The translations under genes were made by a program, and so were the position numbers. Positions 1 through 10,947 of a stretch of 64,000 nt of DNA are shown here, piece after piece. Source of the stretch: Octopus sinensis (Eukaryota); NCBI RefSeq assembly GCF_006345805.1, contig NW_021832228.1, positions 62,001 through 126,000 on the forward strand. The letters are read 5' to 3'. The notes under the pieces were generated by a model. That model ran no database searches, was not told the DNA's origin, and worked only from the letters and a program-made list of their open reading frames with translations. The number at the start of each line of letters is the position of its first letter. The stretch's first letter is position 1.

Positions 1-483
1 AGTTTTCCATTCAATTCCATTTAAAACCAAATACCAGCTTCTCTATTTGTCAATTTATAAATTTTTTATTGACAAAATCACCTAAAAATTTTTTTTTTTA
101 TTTTTTTTTTTTTTTTTATTTTTTTTTATTTTTTTAAACAAGAAAGAAATTAAAGATAGCCCTAACCCTAACCCTGAGAAATTAAAGTTGAATTTTATGG
201 TCAATTTATTTCCAAGTCCACAAATGTAATTCGTCCGGCTCGGTAGCTTATTCAGCTCGTGACATATTACTAGTCATTCGTGCATTTTTAGACGCATCCT
301 ATATAATCTATATGTATAATTTAAAATCATAATCCTCAGTTCTTATATTTTTAAGGCATCTGCATGATTTGTACATTCTAATAACCAAAGGTCTTAACTT
401 TTCACCTTTAATACAACAACATAAAAGGATTGTTGGTTTTGTTTACAAATTTTTCTACCGAAGAAATTTTCATCTTAAATGAT

Positions 484-600
484 TTATTCGGTTCTTTTTA
501 ATGAAAAGGCAGGTTTTGTCACAATTAAAAATGTCTTCCATGTTGAACTTATCATAAAGTCATCATACTCTTCGTAAAATTTGACCATTCGCCTCACGGG
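484..600 (-). mobile_element. pogo/Tigger-type transposase remnant
   Basis: One minus frame reads MEDIFNCD-TCLF, resembling the pogo DIFNxDETGLF catalytic-start motif; very degraded. Confidence 0.4.
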
Positions 601-696
601 TTGGAAGGGTGACAAGACTTGACCCAAGCTGGAAACTTGCTTCTTTCGGAATAGAACCCACGACATTCATATTCCAACATCCATAGCATAATCTTC

Positions 697-881
697 TCAC
701 TTGATCACTTACCAATGAAAAATCTTCAGTATGTAAAACCCTTCCGGAAACAAATGACGTGAGGTGAGCGACGGTTGGAGGCTAACAAACGGGTACTGGG
801 CAAACCAGATATTCTCCACCTCTCTTTGAATCCGGAAAGCTGTATTGAAGATTTGGAGGCTAATGTTGATCAGCACGGACA
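697..881. repeat. Dispersed repeat, inverted copy at 9849-10020
   Basis: aatgttgatcagcacggacag here is the reverse complement of ctgtccgtgctgatcaacatt at 9849; similarity with mismatches and one gap runs over about 170 bp. Confidence 0.8.
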
Positions 882-1153
882 GAAAATCCAAAATGATTCT
901 ACAAACATTTGCCATGCTGTAGAAATTTGGAAGGTACTTGAACAGACTTATATAGACTATGAATTTACGGCTATTTAAAAAAATGTGGAAACTCGAACTG
1001 ATAAAGCATTAAAACCTTTTTGCTTACTTCCAAATCTAATGGACCCAGCCTGTAGTGGGAATTGATATCGCTTTTTAATATTGAGTCGTAAAAAATCCCT
1101 GTACATAAAGGGATAATTAGCAGACAACAAATTAAATTCATTTAGAAGAGTCC

Positions 1154-1459
1154 TTGTCCAAGACAAATATGTTGGAAAGTGCCTGCAATGCTGGCACAGC
1201 TGCGGATAGAGCAGAAGACATCAAGAAGAGGAAATATGATGGGCTCACCGATCGTTTCGTTTTCCGGCCGGTTGCTGTCGAAACCCTGGGATCGATTGGG
1301 AAGGAGTCGTTGCGCTTCCTCATGTGTATTGGACGTCTTAAGACCCTGAGAACGCACAATCCTCTGGAGACGAGATGGCTCCTCCAGAACGTGTCCCAAG
1401 CAATAGTGAGGGGAAACTGGATCGCCATCAGTTCTTCTGCTTTACATACATTAGTCTAA
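1154..1459 (+). mobile_element. CRE-like non-LTR retrotransposon, C-terminal restriction-like endonuclease fragment
   Basis: AGTAADRAEDIKKRKYDGL..FRPVAVETLGSIG..LLQNVSQAIVRGN. Confidence 0.8.
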
Positions 1460-1649
1460 CCATAATGAAAAACTGAAAATTAAATTAATTATTTTAGAAG
1501 AGTATAAAAAAGAAACCTCAAAAGAGGCACAAAAATATAAGAACCAGATAATCCCTATACACGGAAATCTTTAGTAAAAGGCAAAGATTTATACGCTTTG
1601 CATAGGAATCAGATTACCTTTAGGAAAGAAAAATTTTATTTTAAATAAT

Positions 1650-3200
1650 TAGTTAGAGAGGCTGTTAGTGAGGTAACATAAGGAGACCTTCGGCATTCCT
1701 GCCTTTTCGGTCCAGCACACACGCTCGCCTCTCTACACAACCACAGGTTAGGACTTACCGTCTTACCTGCCACCCAGTCATTATCTTCTCTAGGACCTCA
1801 GGGAGGCCTTTGAGGGACAATTCCTGGGCGTTGGAGAGCTCATCACGCCATCCTAAGCCATAGGCTAGCCGGATGGCTCGTCTTCTTACTTTCTTAAGCG
1901 CGTCAACGTACTTCTCCCTGTCCTCGCAGAAGTGCCAAGCGTGCACGCCATAGGTTAACACGGGTAACACCATGGCGTTGAACACACGGAACCAGGCACC
2001 TCTCCTCAAGTGGAAAGCACGCAACGCGCCTAATCGCTGCATTGCACGCATTTTAGTACGTGCAATGTGATCATCGAACTTACCTGACTGCTTGAAGACC
2101 ACGCCCAAGTAAGTCGTCCGATCAACTACAGCGATCGCTGACCCGTCCAGCGATAACCTAGGGATAAAATTAGTGTAATCCCTCGTACTTTTACAGACTT
2201 TAAGGACACTGCACTTGTCCGCACACATCTTTAGACCCCTACTCCCACACCAGTTTACAAGTTCATCCACAGCAACCTGTAGCCTACGACACGCACACTC
2301 TGGTTTCATCGACTGATCCCAGAGGATAATGTCGTCTGCATAGATCACCATTTCAGTACGAGCATTGACTGGCATAGGCGCAGAGGCCATAAAGATATTA
2401 AACAGTGTGGGACTCAGCACAGAACCCTGAAGGGACCCCGCGAAGGACTGTTGCGACTTTAGAAAAGACCCCCTGGTGTCGCACGACCTGACCGCGAGAT
2501 TCGAGGAACCCCGACAGCCAGCGCCTTAGACACGGAGAAACCCCACACGTGGCGAGGGAACTCCGCAGGCCGTCGTGCCACACCGAGTCGAAGGCCTTTT
2601 CTATGTCAAGACTAACTAACATACCACACTCCCTTTTCTGGAGGGCGTTCTTCATTTCGGAAGACACCTTCCACAAGCAGTCTCCACATGAACGACCCTC
2701 CCTGAAGCCCCATTGGAACTCCGGGAGGGCGTCAGCCACCATCAGCTCCTCCAGGAGCCTTTGGTGCATGATCCTTTCTAGGATTTTAGATATAGCGGGA
2801 AGCAAGGAAATGGGCCTATATCCCCCGGGGACATCATGAGGCTTCCCAGGTTTTCCAATGAGGATCAGCCACTTTCCACCTGGAAGGAATCATCCCATGT
2901 CGCAAGCTCCCGCTAAACAAAACCTGTAAGGCCGTGATCAACAACGGCGGGGCCTTTTTGAAGATGGACATAGGAATCCGATCTAGCCCCGCCGCGGTGT
3001 TCTTACTTCGGGAGATCGCTGCCAGGATCTCCCTTTCGGAAACTTCGCCTGCATCGACCCTTGATATGTCCAGCTGGTAGCGCTTGTCCCAAGACAATAC
3101 CTCCTGGATAGTAACAAAAGACGACGTCTCTACGAACTGACTTCCGTCAGTTCCCGAGATGTTGTTGAGGTACGGAGGAGGAAGATTAATGATTTGGGAA
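1650..3200 (-). mobile_element. Non-LTR retrotransposon (LINE) reverse transcriptase, 5'-truncated and frameshifted
   Basis: PISLLPAISKILER, QWGFREGRSC, LDIEKAFDSVWH, GVPQGSVLSPTLFNIF and YADD motifs over three ORFs; no introns; higher GC than flanks. Confidence 0.92.
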
Positions 3201-3309
3201 TGTTTCTCATATGGAGGTGTGGGGAATCTTTTTTTTATTAAAAGGAAAATGAATAGCATCAATGATATTAATCTTTAACAAATGACTTTGTACAATCGCC
3301 CAAGGGGGG

Positions 3310-3550
3310 CTAAAATCATTTATTTTCCAACAAGATAACGCTCCATGCTACAAAGCCACATTGTAACCAAATATTTGAAAGACAATAAACACGAAATACT
3401 AAATTGGCCATTCCAATCATCATATCTTAATCATATAGAACATCTTTGTGTCATGAAAAAATCGGAATTATCAAAAAAACCGCCCAAAACATTAAGGAAT
3501 TGGAGATACGGTTATTTAAAATTTAGGCGTCTGTACCAAATACTTATTTG
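3310..3550 (+). mobile_element. Tc1-like transposase remnant
   Basis: FQQDNAP..NWPFQSSYLNHIEHL, a decayed WPxQSPDLNPIE motif. Confidence 0.75.
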
Positions 3551-3959
3551 AAAATTTTTTGTCTTTTCGCTGAAAAAAGAAGCTACGAAGCAAATTGACG
3601 CTCTCCGTCATGTTAATTTTAGCATTTGTAACTTAAAATTAAAAAATCCAATTTTTTGGTCAGATAAATTAGAGATGTTTGCTTTGAAATACAAATATAT
3701 AGATAATCTGCTTAAATTTATAAATAAAGTATTTTGGTAAATCCGACGAATAATAGTTTTACTTGCAAACACAAAAAATCAATAAACATTCGAATTTTTT
3801 TCAATACGCCCCGTATATAACAAGTGTCCTGGGTTCAATTGCATTTATAACATTTTTAAATAGTCAAATGATTCCATGCGTCTTATGGTGTTCAAATAAT
3901 ACAATCGGACTTTGGTTTACCCACTTCGTGGCTCATAAACCGAGTTTCCCTAATATATT

Positions 3960-4320
3960 GAACTTTTAAAGGACGGAAAATTTGCAAACTTCACAATTTA
4001 GAATGACTTTTCTGACAATCTCATTCTTTACAGTGAATTATCTTTGTCGAAATTCATATTCAATTTTATTTACTCCTCCGAGTGAAAACTTGTGTAATGA
4101 TTTCGCCGCAAGCTCAATTTTGTTTTCATTTTCGCAAGATATGATTAATTTAGGATCACATAATTTAAGATAGTCAGTGAATTAATTGCAAATTTACAAT
4201 ACCTGTCATTGATAATGGTAAAATTCTCCATTTTCTTTATAAGTCTATATTTTTGGTGCCTCGAAGATTTTCGGGGATTTTATCATGTCAAACATCTTTA
4301 AAAATTTGATATTCTACGCA
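3960..4320 (-). mobile_element. Integrase zinc-binding (H2C2) remnant
   Basis: KSLHKFSLGGVNKIE..IVRKVILNCEVC. Confidence 0.5.
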
Positions 4321-4321
4321 G

Positions 4322-7300
4322 CTTGGAGAGTAATGTCCCCCCTGTAATGTCAGTCCTCTGAGTAGTCCACGTGGGAGTAATGTCCCCCCTGTAATGTCAG
4401 TCCTCTGAGTAGTCCACGTGGGGAGTAATGTCCCACCTGTAATGTCAGTCCTCTGAGTAGTATACTTGGGGAGTAATGTCCCACCTGTAATGTCAGTCCT
4501 CTGAGTAGTATACTTGAGGAGTAATGTCCCCCCTGTAATGTCAGTCCTCTGAGTAGTATACTTGGGGAGTAATGTCCCACCTGTAATGTCAGTCCTCTGA
4601 GTAGTATACTTGGGGAGTAATGTCCCCCTGTAATGTCAGTCCTCTGAGTAGTATACTTGGGAGTAATGTCCCCCCTGTAATGTCAGTCCTCTGAGTAGTA
4701 TACTTGGGGAGTAATGTCCCCCCTGTAATGTCAGTCCTCTGAGTAGTATACTTGAGGAGTAATGTCCCCCCTGTAATGTCAGTCCTCTGAGTAGTATACT
4801 TGGGGAGTAATGTCCCCCTGTAATGTCAGTCCTCTGAGTAGTATACTTGGGAGTAATGTCCCCCCTGTAATGTCAGTCCTCTGAGTAGTATACTTGTGGA
4901 GTAATGTCCCCCCTGTAATGTCAGTCCTCTGAGTAGTATACTTGAGGAGTAATGTCCCCCCTGTAATGTCAGTCCTCTGAGTAGTATACTTGGGGAGTAA
5001 TGTCCCCCTGTAATGTCAGTCCTCTGAGTAGTATACTGGGGAGTAATGTCCCCCTGTAATGTCAGTCCTCTGAGTAGTATACTTGGGGAGTAATGTCCCC
5101 CCTGTAATGTCAGTCCTCTGAGTAGTATACTTGGGGAGTAATGTCCCCCCTGTAATGTCAGTCCTCTGAGTAGTATACTTGGGGAGTAATGTCCCCCTGT
5201 AATGTCAGTCCTCTGAGTAGTATACTTGGGGAGTAATGTCCCCCCTGTAATGTCAGTCCTCTGAGTAGTATACTTGGGGAGTAATGTCCCCCTGTAATGT
5301 CAGTCCTCTGAGTAGTATACTTGGGGAGTAATGTCCCCCCTGTAATGTCAGTCCTCTGAGTAGTATACTTGGGGAGTAATGTCCCCCCATGTAATGTCAG
5401 TCCCTGAGGTAGTATACTGAGGAGTAGTATGTCCCCCCTGTAATGTCAGTCCTCTGAGTAGTATACTTGAGGAGTAATGTCCCCCCTGTAATGTCAGTCC
5501 TCTGAGTAGTATACTTGGGGAGTAATGTCCCCCCTGTAATGTCAGTCCTCTGAGTAGTATACTTGAGGAGTAATGTCCCCCCTGTAATGTCAGTCCTCTG
5601 AGTAGTATACTTGAGGAGTAATGTCCCCCCTGTAATGTCAGTCCTCTGAGTAGTATACTTGGGGAGTAATGTCCCCCCTGTAATGTCAGTCCTCTGAGTA
5701 GTATACTTGGGAGTAATGTCCCCCTGTAATGTCAGTCCTCTGAGTAGTATACTTGGGGAGTAATGTCCCCCCTGTAATGTCAGTCCTCTGAGTAGTATAC
5801 TTGGGAGTAATGTCCCCCCTGTAATGTCAGTCTGAGTAGTATACTTGAGGAGTAATGTCCCCCTGTAATGTCAGTCCTCTGAGTAGTATACTTGTGGAGT
5901 AATGTCCCCCCTGTAATGTCAGTCCTCTGAGTAGTATACTTGTGGAGTAATGTCCCCCCTGTAATGTCAGTCCTCTGAGTAGTCCACGTGGGAGTAATGT
6001 CCCCCCTGTAATGTCAGTCCTCTGAGTAGTATACTTGAGGAGTAATGTCCCCCCTGTAATGTCAGTCCTCTGAGTAGTATACTTGTGGAGTAATGTCCCC
6101 CCTGTAATGTCAGTCTCTGAGTAGTATACTTGAGGAGTAATGTCCCCCCTGTAATGTCAGTCCTCTGAGTAGTATACTTGGGAGTAATGTCCCCCCTGTA
6201 ATGTCAGTCCTCTGAGTAGTATACTTGGGGAGTAATGTCCCCCCTGTAATGTCAGTCCTCTGAGTAGTATACTTGGGGAGTAATGTCCCCCCTGTAATGT
6301 CAGTCCTCTGAGTAGTACTTGAGGAGTAATGTCCCCCCTGTAATGTCAGTCCTCTGAGTAGTATACTTGTGGAGTAATGTCCCCCCTGTAATGTCAGTCC
6401 TCTGAGTAGTATACTTGGGGAGTAATGTCCCCCCTGTAATGTCAGTCCTCTGAGTAGTATACTTGTGGAGTAATGTCCCCCCTGTAATGTCAGTCCTCTG
6501 AGTAGTATACTTGGGAGTAATGTCCCCCCTGTAATGTCAGTCCTGAGTAGTATACTTGAGGAGTAATGTCCCCCCTGTAATGTCAGTCCTCTGAGTAGTA
6601 TACTTGAGGAGTAATGTCCCCCCTGTAATGTCAGTCCTGAGTAGTATACTTGTGGAGTAATGTCCCCCCTGTAATGTCAGTCCTCTGAGTAGTATACTTG
6701 AGGAGTAATGTCCCCCCTGTAATGTCAGTCCTCTGAGTAGTATACTTGGGGAGTAATGTCCCCCTGTAATGTCAGTCCTCTGAGTAGTATACTTGGGAGT
6801 AATGTCCCCCCTGTAATGTCAGTCCTGAGTAGTATACTTGTGGAGTAATGTCCCCCCTGTAATGTCAGTCCTCTGAGTAGTATACTTGGGGAGTAATGTC
6901 CCCCCTGTAATGTCAGTCCTCTGAGTAGTATACTTGGGAGTAATGTCCCCCCTGTAATGTCAGTCCTCTGAGTAGTATACTTGGGGAGTAATGTCCCCCC
7001 TGTAATGTCAGTCCTCTGAGTAGTATACTTGTGGAGTAATGTCCCCCCTGTAATGTCAGTCCTCTGAGTAGTATACTTGTGGAGTAATGTCCCCCCTGTA
7101 ATGTCAGTCCTGAGTAGTATACTTGAGGAGTAATGTCCCCCCTGTAATGTCAGTCTGAGTAGTACTTGGGAGTAATGTCCCCCCTGTAATGTCAGTCCTC
7201 TGAGTAGTATACTTGGGGAGTAATGTCCCCCCTGTAATGTCAGTCCTCTGAGTAGTCCACTTGGGAGTAATGTCCCCCCTGTAATGTCAGTCCTCTGAGT

Positions 7301-7909
7301 AGTATACGTGGGAGTAATGTCCCCCCTGTAATGTCAGTCCTCTGAGTAGTCCACGTGGGGAGTAATGTCCCCCCTGTAATGTCAGTCCTCTGAGTAGTAT
7401 ACTTGGGAGTAATGTCCCCCCTGTAATGTCAGTCCTCTGAGTTGTATACTTGTGGAGTAATGCCCCCCCTGTAATGTCAGTCCTCTGAGTTGTATACTTG
7501 TGGAGTAATGCCCCCCCTGTAATGTCAGTCCTCTGAGTTGTATACTTGAGGAGTAATGTCCCCCCTGTAATGTCAGTCCTCTGAGTTGTATACTTGGGAG
7601 TAATGCCCCCCCTGTAATGTCAGTCCTCTGAGTTGTATACTTGTGGAGTAATGCCCCCCCTGTAATGTCAGTCCTCTGAGTTGTATACTTGTGGAGTAAT
7701 GCCCCCCCTGTAATGTCAGTCCTCTGAGTTGTATACTTGAGGAGTAATGTCCCCCCTGTAATGTCAGTCCTCTGAGTTGTATACTTGAGGAGTAATGTCC
7801 CCCCTGTAATGTCAGTCCTCTGAGTAGTCCACGTGGGGAGTAATGTCCCCCCTGAAATGTCAGTCCTCTGAGTAGTATACTTGGGGAGTAATGTCCCCCC
7901 CTGTAATGT
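4322..7909. repeat. Tandem array of a 48-bp unit, about 75 copies
   Basis: Unit gagtaatgtcccccctgtaatgtcagtcctctgagtagtatacttggg; variants ttgag/ttgtg, ccacgtgg and gagttgtata. Confidence 0.98.
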
Positions 7910-8729
7910 ATTCCGTTCCGATCCTTCCTCGTTGGAATACCGAATCCCCACGTTTATTATCGTCTCCTCCAACAAGGACTACATTGAGGACACCCAATAC
8001 TCTCAGTTTTTCACCCGATGAGGGGAAATTGGCTATCACGGCACGGTGATCACTCACAAATTCCGTGAATGCGGAATATTTCATATTTTCCACGTCATTT
8101 TTTACATTTTCCAGGGCAGTGGCCTCCTCTCCCACCCAATCGGCATAACGAGGGTCCAACAACTCACAAAGCACGTCAAAACATCTTTTCTGGAGAGTCC
8201 CCTGTCCTCGGACTCCCTGGAATTAGATAAAGTCACTCCTTCTTAGCCATTGGTCGGCTATTCCCTCCAGAAGGCTCCTTCTTCTTGCCAGGAGTGACCA
8301 CATATTCCGTTTGAGGCTTTTTTAGGAGTTTTTCAACAAAAAATCGTTTGAGAATTTGAGCCATTTTGGACACATCTTCGTCAGGCTTGTTGTATGCGAG
8401 ACAATTCTGGATTATTAGATTAAAGTCGGCAATGCACTCTTCCCCACAGCTGTACCACCGGTGGTTCAGTCGCTTACAGACTGAGGACAAGTCCATAGGG
8501 GTTTTGATCAAGGTGTAGTAGTCCTGCAATGTACTGACTATATTACAGTTAGCCCCAGTCCGACCACATCCACCGGCTTTCGGAAGGGCCAGGAGACTTG
8601 GTGCTTCAGTACTGCTGGAAGCACGTTTTTCTTGAGAAATTGAAGTTTGTTGGTAAGTGGGTACTTCTTGTCTGGATGAGGTTTGTAAGGGACTGTTTGA
8701 TTTTGAAGTATATTTCGTGATTCTTCCAT
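7910..8729 (-). CDS. BET-family bromodomain protein (BRD2/3/4/T-like): intact BD1, degenerate BD2, runs into the repeat array
   Basis: [29 protein letters not shown], 23-nt intron 8524-8546, [23 protein letters not shown]; then [28 protein letters not shown] aligning to BD2 helices. Confidence 0.85.
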
Positions 8730-9109
8730 TCTGTTTAATTTGTAGTAAATAATGAAAATAGTATATTTAATAAATAAAATAATTAATTAACTACACCACA
8801 ACAAGCGTTGAAATGATATTTTATTTTATAAATCGTAACTTTAATAAAATAAATATATTTAAAATCTGTTTTTTGTATGATATAATCAAGATAATTTCTT
8901 AGTTATTTATAATTTTTATACCACGACATGTTTCAAAACTTTTCCAACTTTCGGATTTATTTTAGTTTTGGGTTAAAGTTATTAATGAATTTAGTTTTGT
9001 ACAGACATAAAAAATAAAAGTGCATTAATAATTTAAACTAATTAAAAAAATCTAGCAGGATTGAGAGACAATTCCTGCGTAAAATAGATCCTCTGAATAA
9101 GGAATATAA

Positions 9110-9450
9110 ATTCCCTAGGATCTCTGAGCGATTAGTGCACAGACAGCAAGTTTCTTAAGATGAGCAAGCGTCTTGGCCCCAAAAACACAGAAAGTCTTAA
9201 CGGCAATTGCCCAAAAGCAAAGGCAATCGCGCAAATCCTCAGTTTCGTTGATTCGGCTTTCTCGGCCGACAACCGGGTCGACAAGCAGTGGAATTCAAAG
9301 TTTCCTTGGCGAAAGAGTCGGCACAGGTGACGTTTCAAACAAACTGCTTCCCCGATTCAAAAGCGAAAACCCTAAGCCGTCGGTATGTTTTGCATCTTTA
9401 AGAACAAGGCCCGTCGGTTCCAGAACTGAAAGGAAACCAGCTCTTCCAAA
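9110..9450 (-). mobile_element. CRE-like restriction-like endonuclease fragment
   Basis: KHTDG..FESGKQFV*NVTCADSFA..AEKAESTK..FWAIAVKT across frameshifts. Confidence 0.7.
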
Positions 9451-10089
9451 GCTCTGTGAATTAGATTTCTGATTTCAGTGTGTCATACCTGAGTGTGTGA
9501 GCGGGGTTATGCAAAAACAAATAGGACAAATTTCTCTAAACTGACTTCTCGGTATATCGGAATTTTCTTAAAACCGGACTAAACTTCTGGTTCCGATTCA
9601 CCTTATAGGCCATCATTTCTATTTTATCTTCAATATTCTATTTAGAATATCGTCTGTATTTGTGGTCCGACTTAAATTTTCTTTTATCATAAACCGGCAT
9701 TTTGACATCAACCTTTGATCAAATACGATTAATCGTCTTTAACCTTGAATTGAAAATTATTATTAACCCCCAAGCTTGCTTAGCATAGCAAATCCGGCAC
9801 AAACAGTCATAGCTAACTAATCGAATGAAGAAGCCAAGGAAGAAGAAACTGTCCGTGCTGATCAACATTAGTCTTCAAATCTTCAATACACCTTTCCGGA
9901 TCGAGAGAGAGGTGGGGAATATCTGGTTTGCCCTGTTCCTATTTGTGGCTCACCGCACGTCATTTGTTTTCGAAAGGATTTCACATATTGAAAATTTTGC
10001 ATTGATAAGTGATCAAGGGAATTGCAAATAACAATTGAGATATATACAGTACGTTTTTTAATTTAACAAATTTTCGTTATTTCGTAAAA

Positions 10090-10487
10090 TTTTTATTTCC
10101 AAATTTTAAAGCTTCAAGTACATGGATTAATTTTTTTAAGAATAAATTTAAAATAAAATCTTGTACTATATCAGGAGATGAGCAATTGGTCAATCCTGTA
10201 TTTTTATATGAAGGCCATGCTGACTTTTTATCGAAAATGTCATCTTATGATCTCAAAGATGAAAAAATCAGAAATTTTAAACTATAGTTGATCTAATACC
10301 ATTGATAATTGAAGCGTGGTATGAAATTACAAGAACAGCAGTAACGAATTGCATTGAAAAAGTATTTAACAATTTGGCAAAGCAGGACACTCCGGATGAC
10401 TCTACTATTAACGAGGACTCTCCGATTTCAGATGATAATGAAAATTGTACCTATAAAATTTGCAACAACAATAAGAAGAATTTTTGA
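10090..10487 (+). mobile_element. pogo/Tigger transposase remnants
   Basis: FKASSTWINFFKNKFKIKSCTISGDE (CENP-B HTH) and LIIEAWYEITRTAVTNC (DDE_1 C-terminus). Confidence 0.7.
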
Positions 10488-10947
10488 GAACAATTGAGTC
10501 CTATAAAGATAAGGATTAAGAGAATAAAAATGAAGATATAGAGAAAATTGATTTCTGTGATGCAATATGTCCAACGAAAATTATTTTAAATTTTCGTTAA
10601 AAATAAAATCCACTGTATTGCGAAAAACTCGACAGAAAACCGAAAACTAAAAGATGATAGCTTTGATAAAAAATTAAGTTGAAAATTGTTTTTAAAGAAG
10701 AAAATTCAAATAAAAATCCAAACACCTAAGCCGACACAAACATTTCTCACAAAGAAGATACAAAAGACTACTAAAACTTAACTTCTTGGCAAAATGGACA
10801 CAGAAACTAATGCGAGACCATTTGCAAAAAAAAATTTATTAAACATATAATATAAACTACAATCCTGAACATAATTTGCTGTTTATACCCCTCATTAATT
10901 GTCTAGTGAATACCTTACAGGGGGTACATTATTCTTGAACGCCGTTC

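Noticed and set aside
2549-2839. Antisense ORFs in the ORF track (here and e.g. 11024-11260, 39481-39801, 51719-52054)
   Set aside because: Shadows of real coding sequence on the opposite strand
4322-7909. CRISPR array
   Set aside because: Units are contiguous with no unique spacers, the context is eukaryotic and no cas genes are present
8030-8070. FVSDH as the APE-endonuclease SDH motif of a Helentron or LINE
   Set aside because: Surrounding residues align better with bromodomain helices following BD1, and no other endonuclease motifs are present
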